Positions 43,522 to 54,000 of a DNA stretch of 64,000 nucleotides are shown here, piece by piece (the first letter of the stretch is position 1; each line of letters begins with the position of its first letter). This DNA comes from an uncultured Rivularia sp. (GTDB lineage Bacteria; Cyanobacteriota; Cyanobacteriia; Cyanobacteriales; Nostocaceae): positions 320,001 to 384,000 of the forward strand of contig OY762007.1 of the NCBI GenBank assembly GCA_963665115.1, in the 5' to 3' direction. A program made the position numbers and the translations under genes. Below the pieces are notes generated by a model that searched no databases, was not told the DNA's origin, and saw only the letters and a program-made list of their open reading frames with translations.

Positions 43522-44826
43522 TTAAACCAAAACTTGCTGCCACTCTAAGCGATCGAGGGTGCGTGAACGTTCGAGGGCTGATTCAAAGCTATCGAGTTTC
43601 GCGTCAATTGTCAAAGGTTCGCCGACGCAACTCTGTACTGCTTCTTGGGTTTTTAAACCGTTGCCTGTGATATATACAACTGTGGTTTCTTCAGGATCGA
43701 TTTTGCCTGCTTCTACCAGTTTCTTTAATACCGCAACTGTTGTACCACCAGCAGTTTCTGTGAATATACCTTCGGTTTCCGCGAGCAGTTTCATGCCTTC
43801 GATAATTTCAGTATCGTTGACTGTTTCTATATTACCGTTGGTTTTGTTCGCTATTTCTACTGCGTAAATACCATCTGCTGGATTTCCAATTGCAATAGAT
43901 TTGGCGATGGTATTTGGCTTTACTGGCTCAATGAAATCGCGCTTTTCTTTGAATGCTTTGGCGATTGGGGAACATCCTTCAGCTTGTGCGCCGCTGAATC
44001 TAACGTTCTTATCTTCTACTAAACCTACTTCTTTAAATTCGTTGAAGCCTTTATAAATTTTGCTGAATAAAGAACCGCTTGCCAAAGGTGCCACTATATG
44101 GTCTGGCAATTCCCAACCTAGTTGTTCGGCAACTTCAAAACCTAATGTTTTGGAACCTTCGGAATAGTAAGGACGCAAGTTAATATTTACAAATCCCCAT
44201 CCGTGGGTATTCGCAACTTCCGAACACAGACGGTTAACTTGGTCGTAATTTCCCTTAACAGCCATCAAAGTCGGGCTATAAATAAGACTTCCTAAAATTT
44301 TACCGGCTTCTAAATCGGCGGGTATAAACACGCAACAATCTAAACCTGCATGAGCTGCGATCGCGGCGGTCGAATTTGCTAAGTTTCCGGTGCTGGCGCA
44401 GGATACTGTAGTAAAACCCAATTCCTTGGCGCGAGTCATCGCCACAGATACTACCCGATCTTTGAAGCTCAGGGTAGGCATATTAACGGCATCATTCTTT
44501 ATATATAGTTTCTTTAAACCCAAGCGACGAGCCAAACGATGCGAGCGAACCAAAGGAGTCATACCCGTTCCAACATCAATGGGGTTTTCGCTAGTTACAG
44601 GCAAAAATTTACCATAGCGCCATATAGAATTAGGTCCCGCTTGAATGGTTTCGCGAGTTACCGTTTGACGCAATTTGCTGTAATCGTAGCTTACCTCCAA
44701 AGGACCAAAGCAGAATTCACATACGTTTTTTGCTTCAAGTTCGTACTCTGCACCACATTCTTTACACTTCAAGGCATGAAAAGCATGGGTAAAGCTTTGG
44801 TTTTGGATGTTGGTTGCCGCTTGCAT
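43522..44826 (-). CDS. thrC: Threonine-synthase-like PLP enzyme
   Basis: N-terminal CxxC/CxxC, PTLSFKDR, CASTGNLANS, EGSKTLGFE, ITGNGLK; the reaction catalysed is uncertain. Confidence 0.8.
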   Translation of the reverse strand: MQAATNIQNQSFTHAFHALKCKECGAEYELEAKNVCEFCFGPLEVSYDYSKLRQTVTRETIQAGPNSIWRYGKFLPVTSENPIDVGTGMTPLVRSHRLARRLGLKKLYIKNDAVNMPTLSFKDRVVSVAMTRAKELGFTTVSCASTGNLANSTAAIAAHAGLDCCVFIPADLEAGKILGSLIYSPTLMAVKGNYDQVNRLCSEVANTHGWGFVNINLRPYYSEGSKTLGFEVAEQLGWELPDHIVAPLASGSLFSKIYKGFNEFKEVGLVEDKNVRFSGAQAEGCSPIAKAFKEKRDFIEPVKPNTIAKSIAIGNPADGIYAVEIANKTNGNIETVNDTEIIEGMKLLAETEGIFTETAGGTTVAVLKKLVEAGKIDPEETTVVYITGNGLKTQEAVQSCVGEPLTIDAKLDSFESALERSRTLDRLEWQQVLV

Positions 44827-44871
44827 TTGGTGTATCTCCCTGGAAAACCTTTAACTGTCAACTGTCGGCTG

Positions 44872-44928
44872 ATAGTAACATGGCTCAAATGCCGAGTCAA
44901 ATAATCCCGATAAATTTTGTCGGGATTA
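44872..44928 (-). promoter_or_regulatory. Sigma70 promoter with an adjacent 27-bp operator-like palindrome
   Basis: -35 TTGACT (44900-44895), 17-bp spacer, TGn-TACTAT (44877-44872); TAATCCCGATAAA-T-TTTGTCGGGATTA at 44902-44928. Confidence 0.7.
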
Positions 44929-45684
44929 GATTAATGCTGGTTTTTTGTGGAGACGTTGCAATTAATCCTGTCTGTGTAAACTATCTTTTGCTTTACCTGA
45001 GCCAAAAAAATGTGATGAGGCTATGAAACCTGTGTAGAAATTAGCCCAAACAGTAATTCTATTTTTAATAGAATTTAACGAAAGTAATATAATCCTTTGC
45101 TTCTTAAGCGATGTCTCTTTGTGTATATACATAATCCCTTAATCCTTAAATTATTCATTCGCAATGAAAGTCCTCAAAAGTTAACGACTTAATCTAATAC
45201 CTATGTGGATCGCAGCTTTCTTTTGCTATTAACATATAAATTGTGATATGGCTGTGACATAAATTGCGAACAACGTGTGATAAATTTACGCAGAAATATC
45301 CAGATTCTTATGTATAAGAAAAATCAAAAAAATTGATCGGGAAAATTCCTTTAATTTTTATAATTTCCATATTTATACTGACGATATGATAAAGATTTAA
45401 AATTAAGATTTATCTGTTACCAAAAATACTTTCGATATTTCTGACAAATCAAAAAACCTAAAAAAACTCCATGTTTAAGAGTAAAAGAGCAGCTTCCGGG
45501 CATCAGGGCTAGGTCTATCTACCAATCAGTTCGGGGAAATATCAAAGTTGATTTGGTTGAAGCTATACTCAATAACTTGGGTTTATAGGTGATGAATGCT
45601 ATTAGCAATTCCAAAAGAGTTGCAAAAAAAAACCTACGTGCTTGCACGCAGGTTGAGAAGTCATAATTTGCTATTAATTCTAAA

Positions 45685-48226
45685 ATGTCACAGAAAAAGA
45701 AATTTGTCAAAAAGGGACAGGTCTACCGTTCCTTGGTTGCGGCTGCATTGATTGCTAATGGTGTATTTCAATTTATTGCTCCTGTATTAGCTCAAACATC
45801 AGCAGGTGGGGAAATTAAGAACAGAGCTACGGCAACCTACGAAGACCCCCACAGATCCGGGAACAACAATCAATACCACATCCAACGAAGTAGTTGTACA
45901 AGTTGCGGAAGTAGCAGGTATCACCGTTACAGGTGCCGGTACTACATTGAACACGGATGCTGATGGCGATAATACTCCCGATGCTGGCGATGAAGTTTAC
46001 TTTAACTACACCGTTACTAACGTTGGTAATGACTCAACACAGTTCAGAATACCAAACTTAGCAAGTACAACAGGTCCAGCTACTGTTTCTGGCAGTTTGG
46101 AATATAGTACTGATGGTGGTACTACTTGGATACCAATCGACAGCGGTGCAGGAGAAACTGAAGTCACAGTACCGGAGATTCCAGTTGGGGGTACAGTACA
46201 AGTTCGCGTTCCTGTTACAGTCGCAGCTGGTGCTCAAGCAGACGATATTATCACCGTTAAGTTGGGTGATACTCCAGGTGATGCCCAAAACCAACCACGT
46301 AATCCTGATGGTGGTGACATTTACACCGTGGATAACCCCGATGGCACTGGTAATGGTGAAGTAGATGGCGCTCCTGTTAACGGTACTCGTGAAGCTAGTG
46401 CTACTCAAGAAATTCAAGTCGATGCAACCTTAAAGACCTATGCATTGGCAAAGGTACTCAAAGAACGTAGTGACTACAGTAATTCGGGAACTCTAACTGA
46501 TATTACTGATGACACTTTAACCTACGACCTCAGCTTAGAAGTTGAGCAAAATGATTCTACTAACAGTGGAATTACTCCTGCACCATTAGTTGGTACAAAT
46601 ATTACTGTTGATGGTACCGCTAGTCCCCGTATCTTAGTTTCCGATGCAATTCCAGCTGGTACAGACTTGGCTAGCGTGCCTGCTGCACCTCCTGGTTGGG
46701 AAGTCGTTTACACCACAGATGCGGTAACAATAGATGCCAATGCAGCGACTTGGACTACAACAGCCCCGTCTCCTTTATCAACCGTAACCCGCGTTGGTTT
46801 TGTTAACAATCCTGGTATAGTCACCTCTGTTAACCCAGGTCAAACGGTAACTGGTTTCAAGATTAATCTTGTAGTTGAATCAACGGCAACAGCACCGTTA
46901 ACTGTCAACAATATCGCTCAGTTATTCGGTTCGTCTCCTGATAACGATAACGATGCCACCAACAATCCTCCAGTATATGACGAATCTGGTGATCAAAACC
47001 CCAGTAACTTTAATGATGATGGTACACCACTGACAGGAACAGATCCTGATGGTGATGGTATCCCCGAGACATTACCTGATACTGTTGTTGATGATGGTTT
47101 CATTGACGATCCTGCTGATGAAACGGCGACTGGAGTTGACACTGGAAACAATAACAGCGCTACAGGCAGTGAAGGTGGTGAACTGAACCAGTTTGTTATC
47201 GACCCAGATGCAAATGCACTAGTGAATGGACCTGAAGGTAGTCCAGATGCAATTGGTCCTACAGATAATAACGATGACTTCACCAACAAGTCTTCCTTAG
47301 TACCGCCTAATCTTGTACCAGATAATGGTACTACAATCGACCCAGCACCCGTAGCTTTCACGAATACCGTTGAAAATGGTAGTGCTACTCCAACTGATAT
47401 TTCACTGGTTCCCGCCCCACCTGCTAATCCCGCGGATTTACCTACTGGTACTACAGTAACTGTTAGTTATGATGCTGATTCTGTAGTTTACACCTGGGAT
47501 GGTACCAACTTTAATCCTCCTGCTGGTACTCCTCCTATTATCATTACTGCAGTACAACCTGGTCAAGAAGTCAACTATGGTGTTGAAGTCAACTTACCAA
47601 GTGATACACCTTTATCTACTGACTTGAATGACCCCGCAGACCCCAATTCCGGTACAATCGGTGGTTTCCCAGTTCCGATCAGAGCCTTTGTTGACGATGG
47701 AACTCCAGGTTTCGATGGTACAGAAGTTAACAATATCACTATTGACCAGGTATACACTGGCTACTTAAGACTGGATAAAGAGTCTAGAATTCTCAAAGGT
47801 GATGGCCCAGACGTATTAACTGGTCAGGATCAGTTCAGTAAAGATGAGAAGCAGCCTTCGGAAGGCAACTTGATTGAATACCGAATTATCTACAGCAACA
47901 TCTCTGATGCTGAAGCTGGAGATGGCAACATTACTTTAGATGCCGATAATGTGGTAGTCGAAGACGATGGTACCCTTGGTGATAACAACTGGGCAAAAGA
48001 CAATGATGGCGATAACATTATTGATACCAGTAACGTAGTTGGTTCTGCTCAAGATTCTGATGGTGGAAATATCCAATTCTTCAGCGGCGATCCTGCAACA
48101 ACTACCGCACAAGATCAAACAGGTACAGATGCTAATACTGATGTTACTAAGTATGTAGACGAAGTGGCACAACCTGTTGAACCTGGTGCGTCAGGAAACT
48201 TCACCTTCCAACGTAAGGTTAACTAA
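45685..48226 (+). CDS. Secreted DUF11-type repeat protein, ~846 aa, candidate major fibre subunit; apparent +1 frameshift near 45848
   Basis: Signal peptide (APVLA/Q). EIKNRATATYEDP joins TDPGTTINTTSNEV if one C is removed. DUF11-like motifs (YTVTNVGN; LTYDL..VSDAIPAG; IEYRIIYSN); very acidic. Confidence 0.8.
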
Positions 48227-48236
48227 ATAAGTTTTG

Positions 48237-48267
48237 AATAGGGATGTTGGATTGCAACATCTCTATT
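48237..48267 (+). terminator. Stem-loop directly after the first cluster gene
   Basis: AATAGGGATGTTG-GATTG-CAACATCTCTATT. Confidence 0.6.
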
Positions 48268-48452
48268 AATATCAAGTCTGCTTCGTTACCCAGCGCCTGA
48301 CAGACTTACGCCTTCATTCGGCTCCTAAAAACGGCAAAGGGTTGAGGGAATTCTGAGGTAATAAATACTTAATTTTTCTTGCCCGTTGCGTAAGTCCTAT
48401 TGGTATAAATGGTTAAATTTCCTAAAACGTTGATTTAGAAGAGGTATTGACA

Positions 48453-49029
48453 ATGAAAATAAAGCATGGCTCGTTTGTAGGTTTAAGCGCTCTAGCGATT
48501 ATCGCAACTATTTCCTTTAGCAATGCAATTCCTGCTGTCACGAATGCATTCAGTGGTGGAATTGCAAACGCGCAAAATGCTAAGAAGTCACAAGTACAGC
48601 TACGCTTAGAAGCTGAAAAGAAAATTGTTGGCAAAGATGCTCAAGGCAATAGAAAAGTAACTTGGCAAGGATTAAAAGATGGCGCTCAAGTACAGCCAGG
48701 AGATGTATTACGTTACTCTGTAAGTGGTGCAAACAATGGTACTAAAGCAGTCAAAAATCTTGCTATCAATCAGCCAATTCCTAGAGGAATGTCTTTCCTA
48801 CTGAATTCTGCAACTGTAAATGCTAATTCCGGCGCACAAATTACTTACAGTATTAACGATGGTAAGACTTTTGTAAAAAATCCTACTGTCCAAGTTAAGT
48901 TAGCAGACGGTACGGTAGTAACCCGTCCCCGCTCCAGATATTGCTTATACTCACATCCGCTGGAACTTTGGTAAATCCGTTCCTGCAAAAGCAGCAGTTA
49001 ATGGCACTTATCAAGTAAAAGTACGGTAA
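48453..49029 (+). CDS. Small basic secreted single-DUF11 protein; apparent +1 frameshift near 48928
   Basis: Signal peptide, VQPGDVLRYSV..NQPIPRG; corrected C-terminus RPAPDIAYTHIRWNF...YQVKVR. Confidence 0.8.
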
Positions 49030-49485
49030 CTAAATTTTAGGAGACGTTGCGGTGTAACGTCTCTAAAACAATAAAAAATAAGGCATTGCTGAATCGTGCG
49101 GATGAATTGGCAATTTCACGTTATATGAGACTTACCAGTGCAGATATCTTTACACAGATTTCGGACTTACTACAAAATACAAACAAATATAATTCATTGC
49201 ACAATTCAGCAACGCCAAAAACAATTTATAACTATCGAAGATACCCATGATGGTAAATGGGGTAATTAGATGCAAAATATTATTAGGGTGAGATAGGAAG
49301 AAGTAATCCCATTACTTAAGATGAACCGCACCCTCCAGTTGAATGCTTAGTTTCTGGCAACGACTAAGCGTATTACATTTATTTTTATCCATCTACTTAA
49401 AAGCTTGATAATGCGTTAGCAGACATAACGGTAAGAAATCAAAAAACGCTAAGTGTCTTATTATTAATTATATTAGGAGAAATTT

Positions 49486-51051
49486 GTGAGCCGCAAAAAG
49501 AAGCGATACCAGATTTATGGTAGTAGCTGGTTCCGACGGATAGCGGCTACCTTTTTAGCAGGAAGTATTGTTCAAAGTTCTATCTCTACATTTGCTCAAG
49601 AGGTTCCGAGTCCGTCAATTAACAACCAAGCTGAATTTAGTTATAAAAATAAAAAAGCTAGTCAAAATTTTCGGGGAATTACTAGTCAAATACAACTTGC
49701 TCCTTCAACTTCTGACCCAGAATCACCATTAATCGACCCGTTTGGACAAATTTTAGGTTGTAATAGCGAGGAATTAGACGATTATACGGGTTTTAGAGTT
49801 ACTTTATTTAATCCTGACCCTAACGACGCAACAGGAACAGAACCGGGGACAGAGGTTGACTTAACTGTAACCGATGACGATCCAAATACTGCTACTCCTC
49901 AAGGTATACAACCCAATATTACGAATACTAATAATTATGCTGTCACGAATGAAGCAGTTATTGATAGTAACGGTGAGTCTAAACGAGGTGTTTATAACTT
50001 CTTGTTTGACCAAAGCAAGAATCAAACCGATGTAGGTCGTACTTATATTTTAGTTATTAATCCTCCAGAAAATTCTAGTTTTACCGAGCGACGAATAAGA
50101 TTAGAAATTCAAAGTTTAAATGGCAATATCCTGACTTATATTGCTACCGCTTTAGATGGTCAGCCGATTACTGCTACAGGTGAAAATGCCGTTCAAATTT
50201 CTGATACTCAAATTTCCCAAGAATCTGTAGTTATCGATGATGCGGAAAGAATCGGATTAGCTTTAGCCCTTCAATTTAATTTAGATTTATGCTCTCCCGA
50301 GCAAATCCGCATCACTAAAACCGGAGATAGAGCTACAGCAGAACCTGGAGAAACGACTGTTTATCGTCTCTCGTTGAGAAATACAGGTGATGTTGGTTTG
50401 AATGATATAGTCGTTACCGACCAATTCCCCCTCGGATTCAAATTCTTACCCAAATCTGTTCGCGGTCAAATTGGGGATGAAGAAGTTGCTGTAACTACTG
50501 AAACAAATGGTTCAACCGTTACCTTCCGGACTGATGCAACAATTCCGGTTGATGGAGTTCTTAATATTGCTTACGCTGCAAAATTAACTCCCGATGCGGT
50601 GCGTGGTTCGGGTAGGAATACAGCGACTGTTAACGCCGAACGTATTGATAATGATTTTGCTGTCAAAGATGGACCAGCATCCCATTTACTTAAGATTCGT
50701 CCGGGAATTACTTCCGATTGCGGTACTATCATCGGTCGCGTATTTGTTGATAAAAACTTTGATGGGGAACAGCAAGCAGGTGAACCGGGAGTACCAAATG
50801 CGGTGGTCTTCTTAGAAAACGGCAACCGTATTACTACTGACCCAGACGGATTATATTCTGTCAAAAATGTATTGCCAGGTAAACATACAGGCGTTCTGGA
50901 TTTACAGAGTCTACCCGGCTATACTTTGGCTCCCAATGTCAAATTCAAAGAACGCAACAGCCAATCACGACTAGTAAATTTAGAACCTGGTGGAATGGTA
51001 AGAATGAACTTCGCAGTCACTCCTAGCTTTGGTGAGGAGGCAAAGAAATGA
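49486..51051 (+). CDS. Secreted DUF11 + SdrD-B-like domain protein
   Basis: ITKTGDRATAEPGE..VVTDQFPLG..NTATV; IIGRVFVDKNFDGEQQAGEPGV..TDPDGLYS; stop overlaps the next start (ATGA). Confidence 0.85.
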   Translation: MSRKKKRYQIYGSSWFRRIAATFLAGSIVQSSISTFAQEVPSPSINNQAEFSYKNKKASQNFRGITSQIQLAPSTSDPESPLIDPFGQILGCNSEELDDYTGFRVTLFNPDPNDATGTEPGTEVDLTVTDDDPNTATPQGIQPNITNTNNYAVTNEAVIDSNGESKRGVYNFLFDQSKNQTDVGRTYILVINPPENSSFTERRIRLEIQSLNGNILTYIATALDGQPITATGENAVQISDTQISQESVVIDDAERIGLALALQFNLDLCSPEQIRITKTGDRATAEPGETTVYRLSLRNTGDVGLNDIVVTDQFPLGFKFLPKSVRGQIGDEEVAVTTETNGSTVTFRTDATIPVDGVLNIAYAAKLTPDAVRGSGRNTATVNAERIDNDFAVKDGPASHLLKIRPGITSDCGTIIGRVFVDKNFDGEQQAGEPGVPNAVVFLENGNRITTDPDGLYSVKNVLPGKHTGVLDLQSLPGYTLAPNVKFKERNSQSRLVNLEPGGMVRMNFAVTPSFGEEAKK

Positions 51052-54000
51052 AACGACAATTAAATCGTACAGATACTTTTAATTTAAAGTTAGTCGGTGT
51101 AATGGCAGGAGCTATGACTGTGGTGTTATCCCCAATCATCGCAAGTGCAGAGTCTAAATCACAATCTACAAAACTTGAAGTTACAAAAGGAAAAGATTCC
51201 GAAGATAACAATCAATCTACTCGTTCTAAAAGAATTCTAAAAGTACTTGAAGTCCAAAATCGGAATAGTAAGAATAGTAAGAACAACAATAAAGATAAAA
51301 TTACTCCAGATTTTAATGAAGAGAGTAATACAGATTTGACTGCTAATTTACAAAAATTAGTAGCAGAAGGCAATAATAGCGCAGGATATATTTTAGCTGC
51401 ATTAAAAGCATCGGATATAAATGCAAAAAAAATATCTAGCAGTTTACAGAAGTTGGCAGACGAACGTAAAAAGGCGAATGATGAAAAGCTGATTGCTTTA
51501 AAGTCTGTTGAAGTTTCCGAACCTAAATTATCTCTAGTACAAAAGCTAAAAGTAACGCGCAATCATATCACCGATTCAAAAAAAGAATTGGTTGCTTTAG
51601 AGCCATCTCACAGTGAGAATAAGCTGCTTGAAGAAGATAACATGAATTTAGAGACGCAATCTATTGCGTCTACTATTAAATCTGAGAAAATAACAATTAA
51701 AGAGGCAGAGTATAATCCATTTTTACAAAATAGTTTATTTTCGATAGATATAGATAAAAAGTTATCTGATAACTTGCAAAAAATAAATCCAGCGGATAAT
51801 TATTTAGTTGCTTTAGAACCTTTTCTTGACGAACAAAAGCCAGTTGAATCGAAAATTGGTTCAAATAGTAAAGGTAAATATTTACTCTCTCTAGAACCTT
51901 TTATTAACGAAGAAAAGCCAACACAATCACCACAAAGTTCTACAGATAATTATTTTCTTGCTTCATTAACTAGCGAGAAAAATACATTTGCTTCGCGCAC
52001 ACTAAGCCCTTCGGGCATACTTAGCGAACGCGAACGCACTGAGAATTTTAATACTTGGAATGCTCCCAAACGTGGTAACTATTTTCTTGCTTTAGAACCT
52101 TTTCTTAATGAACAAAAGCTGGTTGAATCGAAAATTAGTCCAAATAGTAATTATTTTCTGGCTTTAGAACCTTTCCTCAAGCAAGAACAATCAGTAGAAT
52201 CTCAAATTCAAAATATATCAGAAAACGAAACAAATGTAAGACAATGGTTTTCTCAACTGGTTGCAATCAATGTATTTGAATCAACCCCTAAGAATCAAAT
52301 ACTAGAAAATGCCCCTACTTTAATTGCAAAGAATTGGAACGCAGATAATTTTACCAATAAAGACTATAGTTTTACATCATTAGTTGCCATAAAACCTTCA
52401 TCTTTTGCAGATAATGCAGATAATTATGAAAATAATTCATCTGAGATGCAACTAGCAGCAAGGTATAGTTCATTTAATTCTGGTGACAATCGCAATCAAG
52501 AGTTTCCGGGAAATAACCTGCTGACAGTTTATTCTAAATCTCCTTTTGGATTACCGAATTTAGAAAATTTAAACCCTAATTTAGCACCAAATTCTACTCA
52601 ATATATTTCTCAATTTCCCAAAGATACTAATAATTCTTCAACTGTAGTAATCCTCTCACCCACACCTGATGCTCTTGTGGATGTGGCTGCTACTCCAATT
52701 ATCGTGCAGTTCCCCGTAGGTAACGAAGTAGAATTACGAGTTAACGGGGAATTATCCGACCGTTCTTTAATTGGACGAACCGAAACAAACCCCGATACCG
52801 ATTTAGTTACGCAGACTTGGTATGGTGTTTCTCTGCAAAATGGAGAAAATGTTATATCGGCTCAGGTTCTTGGCTCCAAGGAACCTCCCGCTACGGTAAA
52901 GATAATGGTAAGGGGTGGAGCGAACGAACTAAAAATAGATACGGTAGAAGCACGGATTCCTGCTGACGGAATTTCTACGGCGACTATTAAAGGTACGTTA
53001 CTCGATGAAAATGGCAATCGTTCCAATCACGATGCAGTTGTTACTTTAGCAACTACTGCTGGGGAATTTGTCGAACCCGATTTTAAACCAGGACAACCGG
53101 GATTTCAAATACAGGCAAAAACTGGAGAATTTACTGCAACTCTAAAATCCGATTTAGAAGCGAAAACTGTACGAATTAAGGCGAAAGCTGGAAAATTAGA
53201 AGCTTTTACACAACTGCAATTTCAAACGGCTTTGCGTCCTAGTTTGATGACGGGGGTTATTGATTTTCGCTTAGGTGCTAGAGGTACAGATTTCTATAGT
53301 AGATTTAAAGATTTCCTCCCAGAAGACGAAGACAACGATACCGAAGTCAAATTCCGTTCGGCTGTATTTGCAACTGGTGCAATTGGTGAATGGCTGGTAA
53401 CTGGTGCTTATGATAGCAGTCGCTCTTTAAATGAAGATTGTAACTGCGATAATCGCTTATTTGGAACTTACCAGTTTAACGAAAATAATTACCCTACTTA
53501 CGGTGATAGTTCTACAGTAAATGCTACGACTCCATCTACTGACAGCGTATATTTACGGTTAGAGCGCTCGTCTCGTACTCCGGGGGCTAATCCCGATTAT
53601 GCGATGTGGGGTGATTACAACACTGAAGAATTTTCTCGTTCTTCACAGCAGTTTACTTCCCTGACTCGTCAGCTACACGGTTTCAAAGCTAATTACAATA
53701 TTGGCAAACTTCAAGCTACAGCTTTCTACGGCAACAATATAGAAGGTTTTCAACGCGATATCTTACCCCCTGACGGAACCAGCGGTTTTTACTTTTTATC
53801 TCGCAGATTAACCGTACCCGGTAGTGAAAGTGTCTTCATTGAATTAGAAGAATTGAATCGTCCCGGTACCGTATTGCAACGGGAACGGTTGAATAGGGGT
53901 GCGGATTACGAGATTGATTACGATAGAGGAACAGTTCTATTCCGCGAACCAGTTTTACGTACAGATGTCAATGAATTTGGTGAAGTTTTGGTAAGACGTA

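Noticed and set aside
45240..45560. CRP-type site or c-di-GMP riboswitch upstream of the DUF11 cluster
   Set aside because: Only TGTGA half sites are seen, and no GEMM consensus is recognisable
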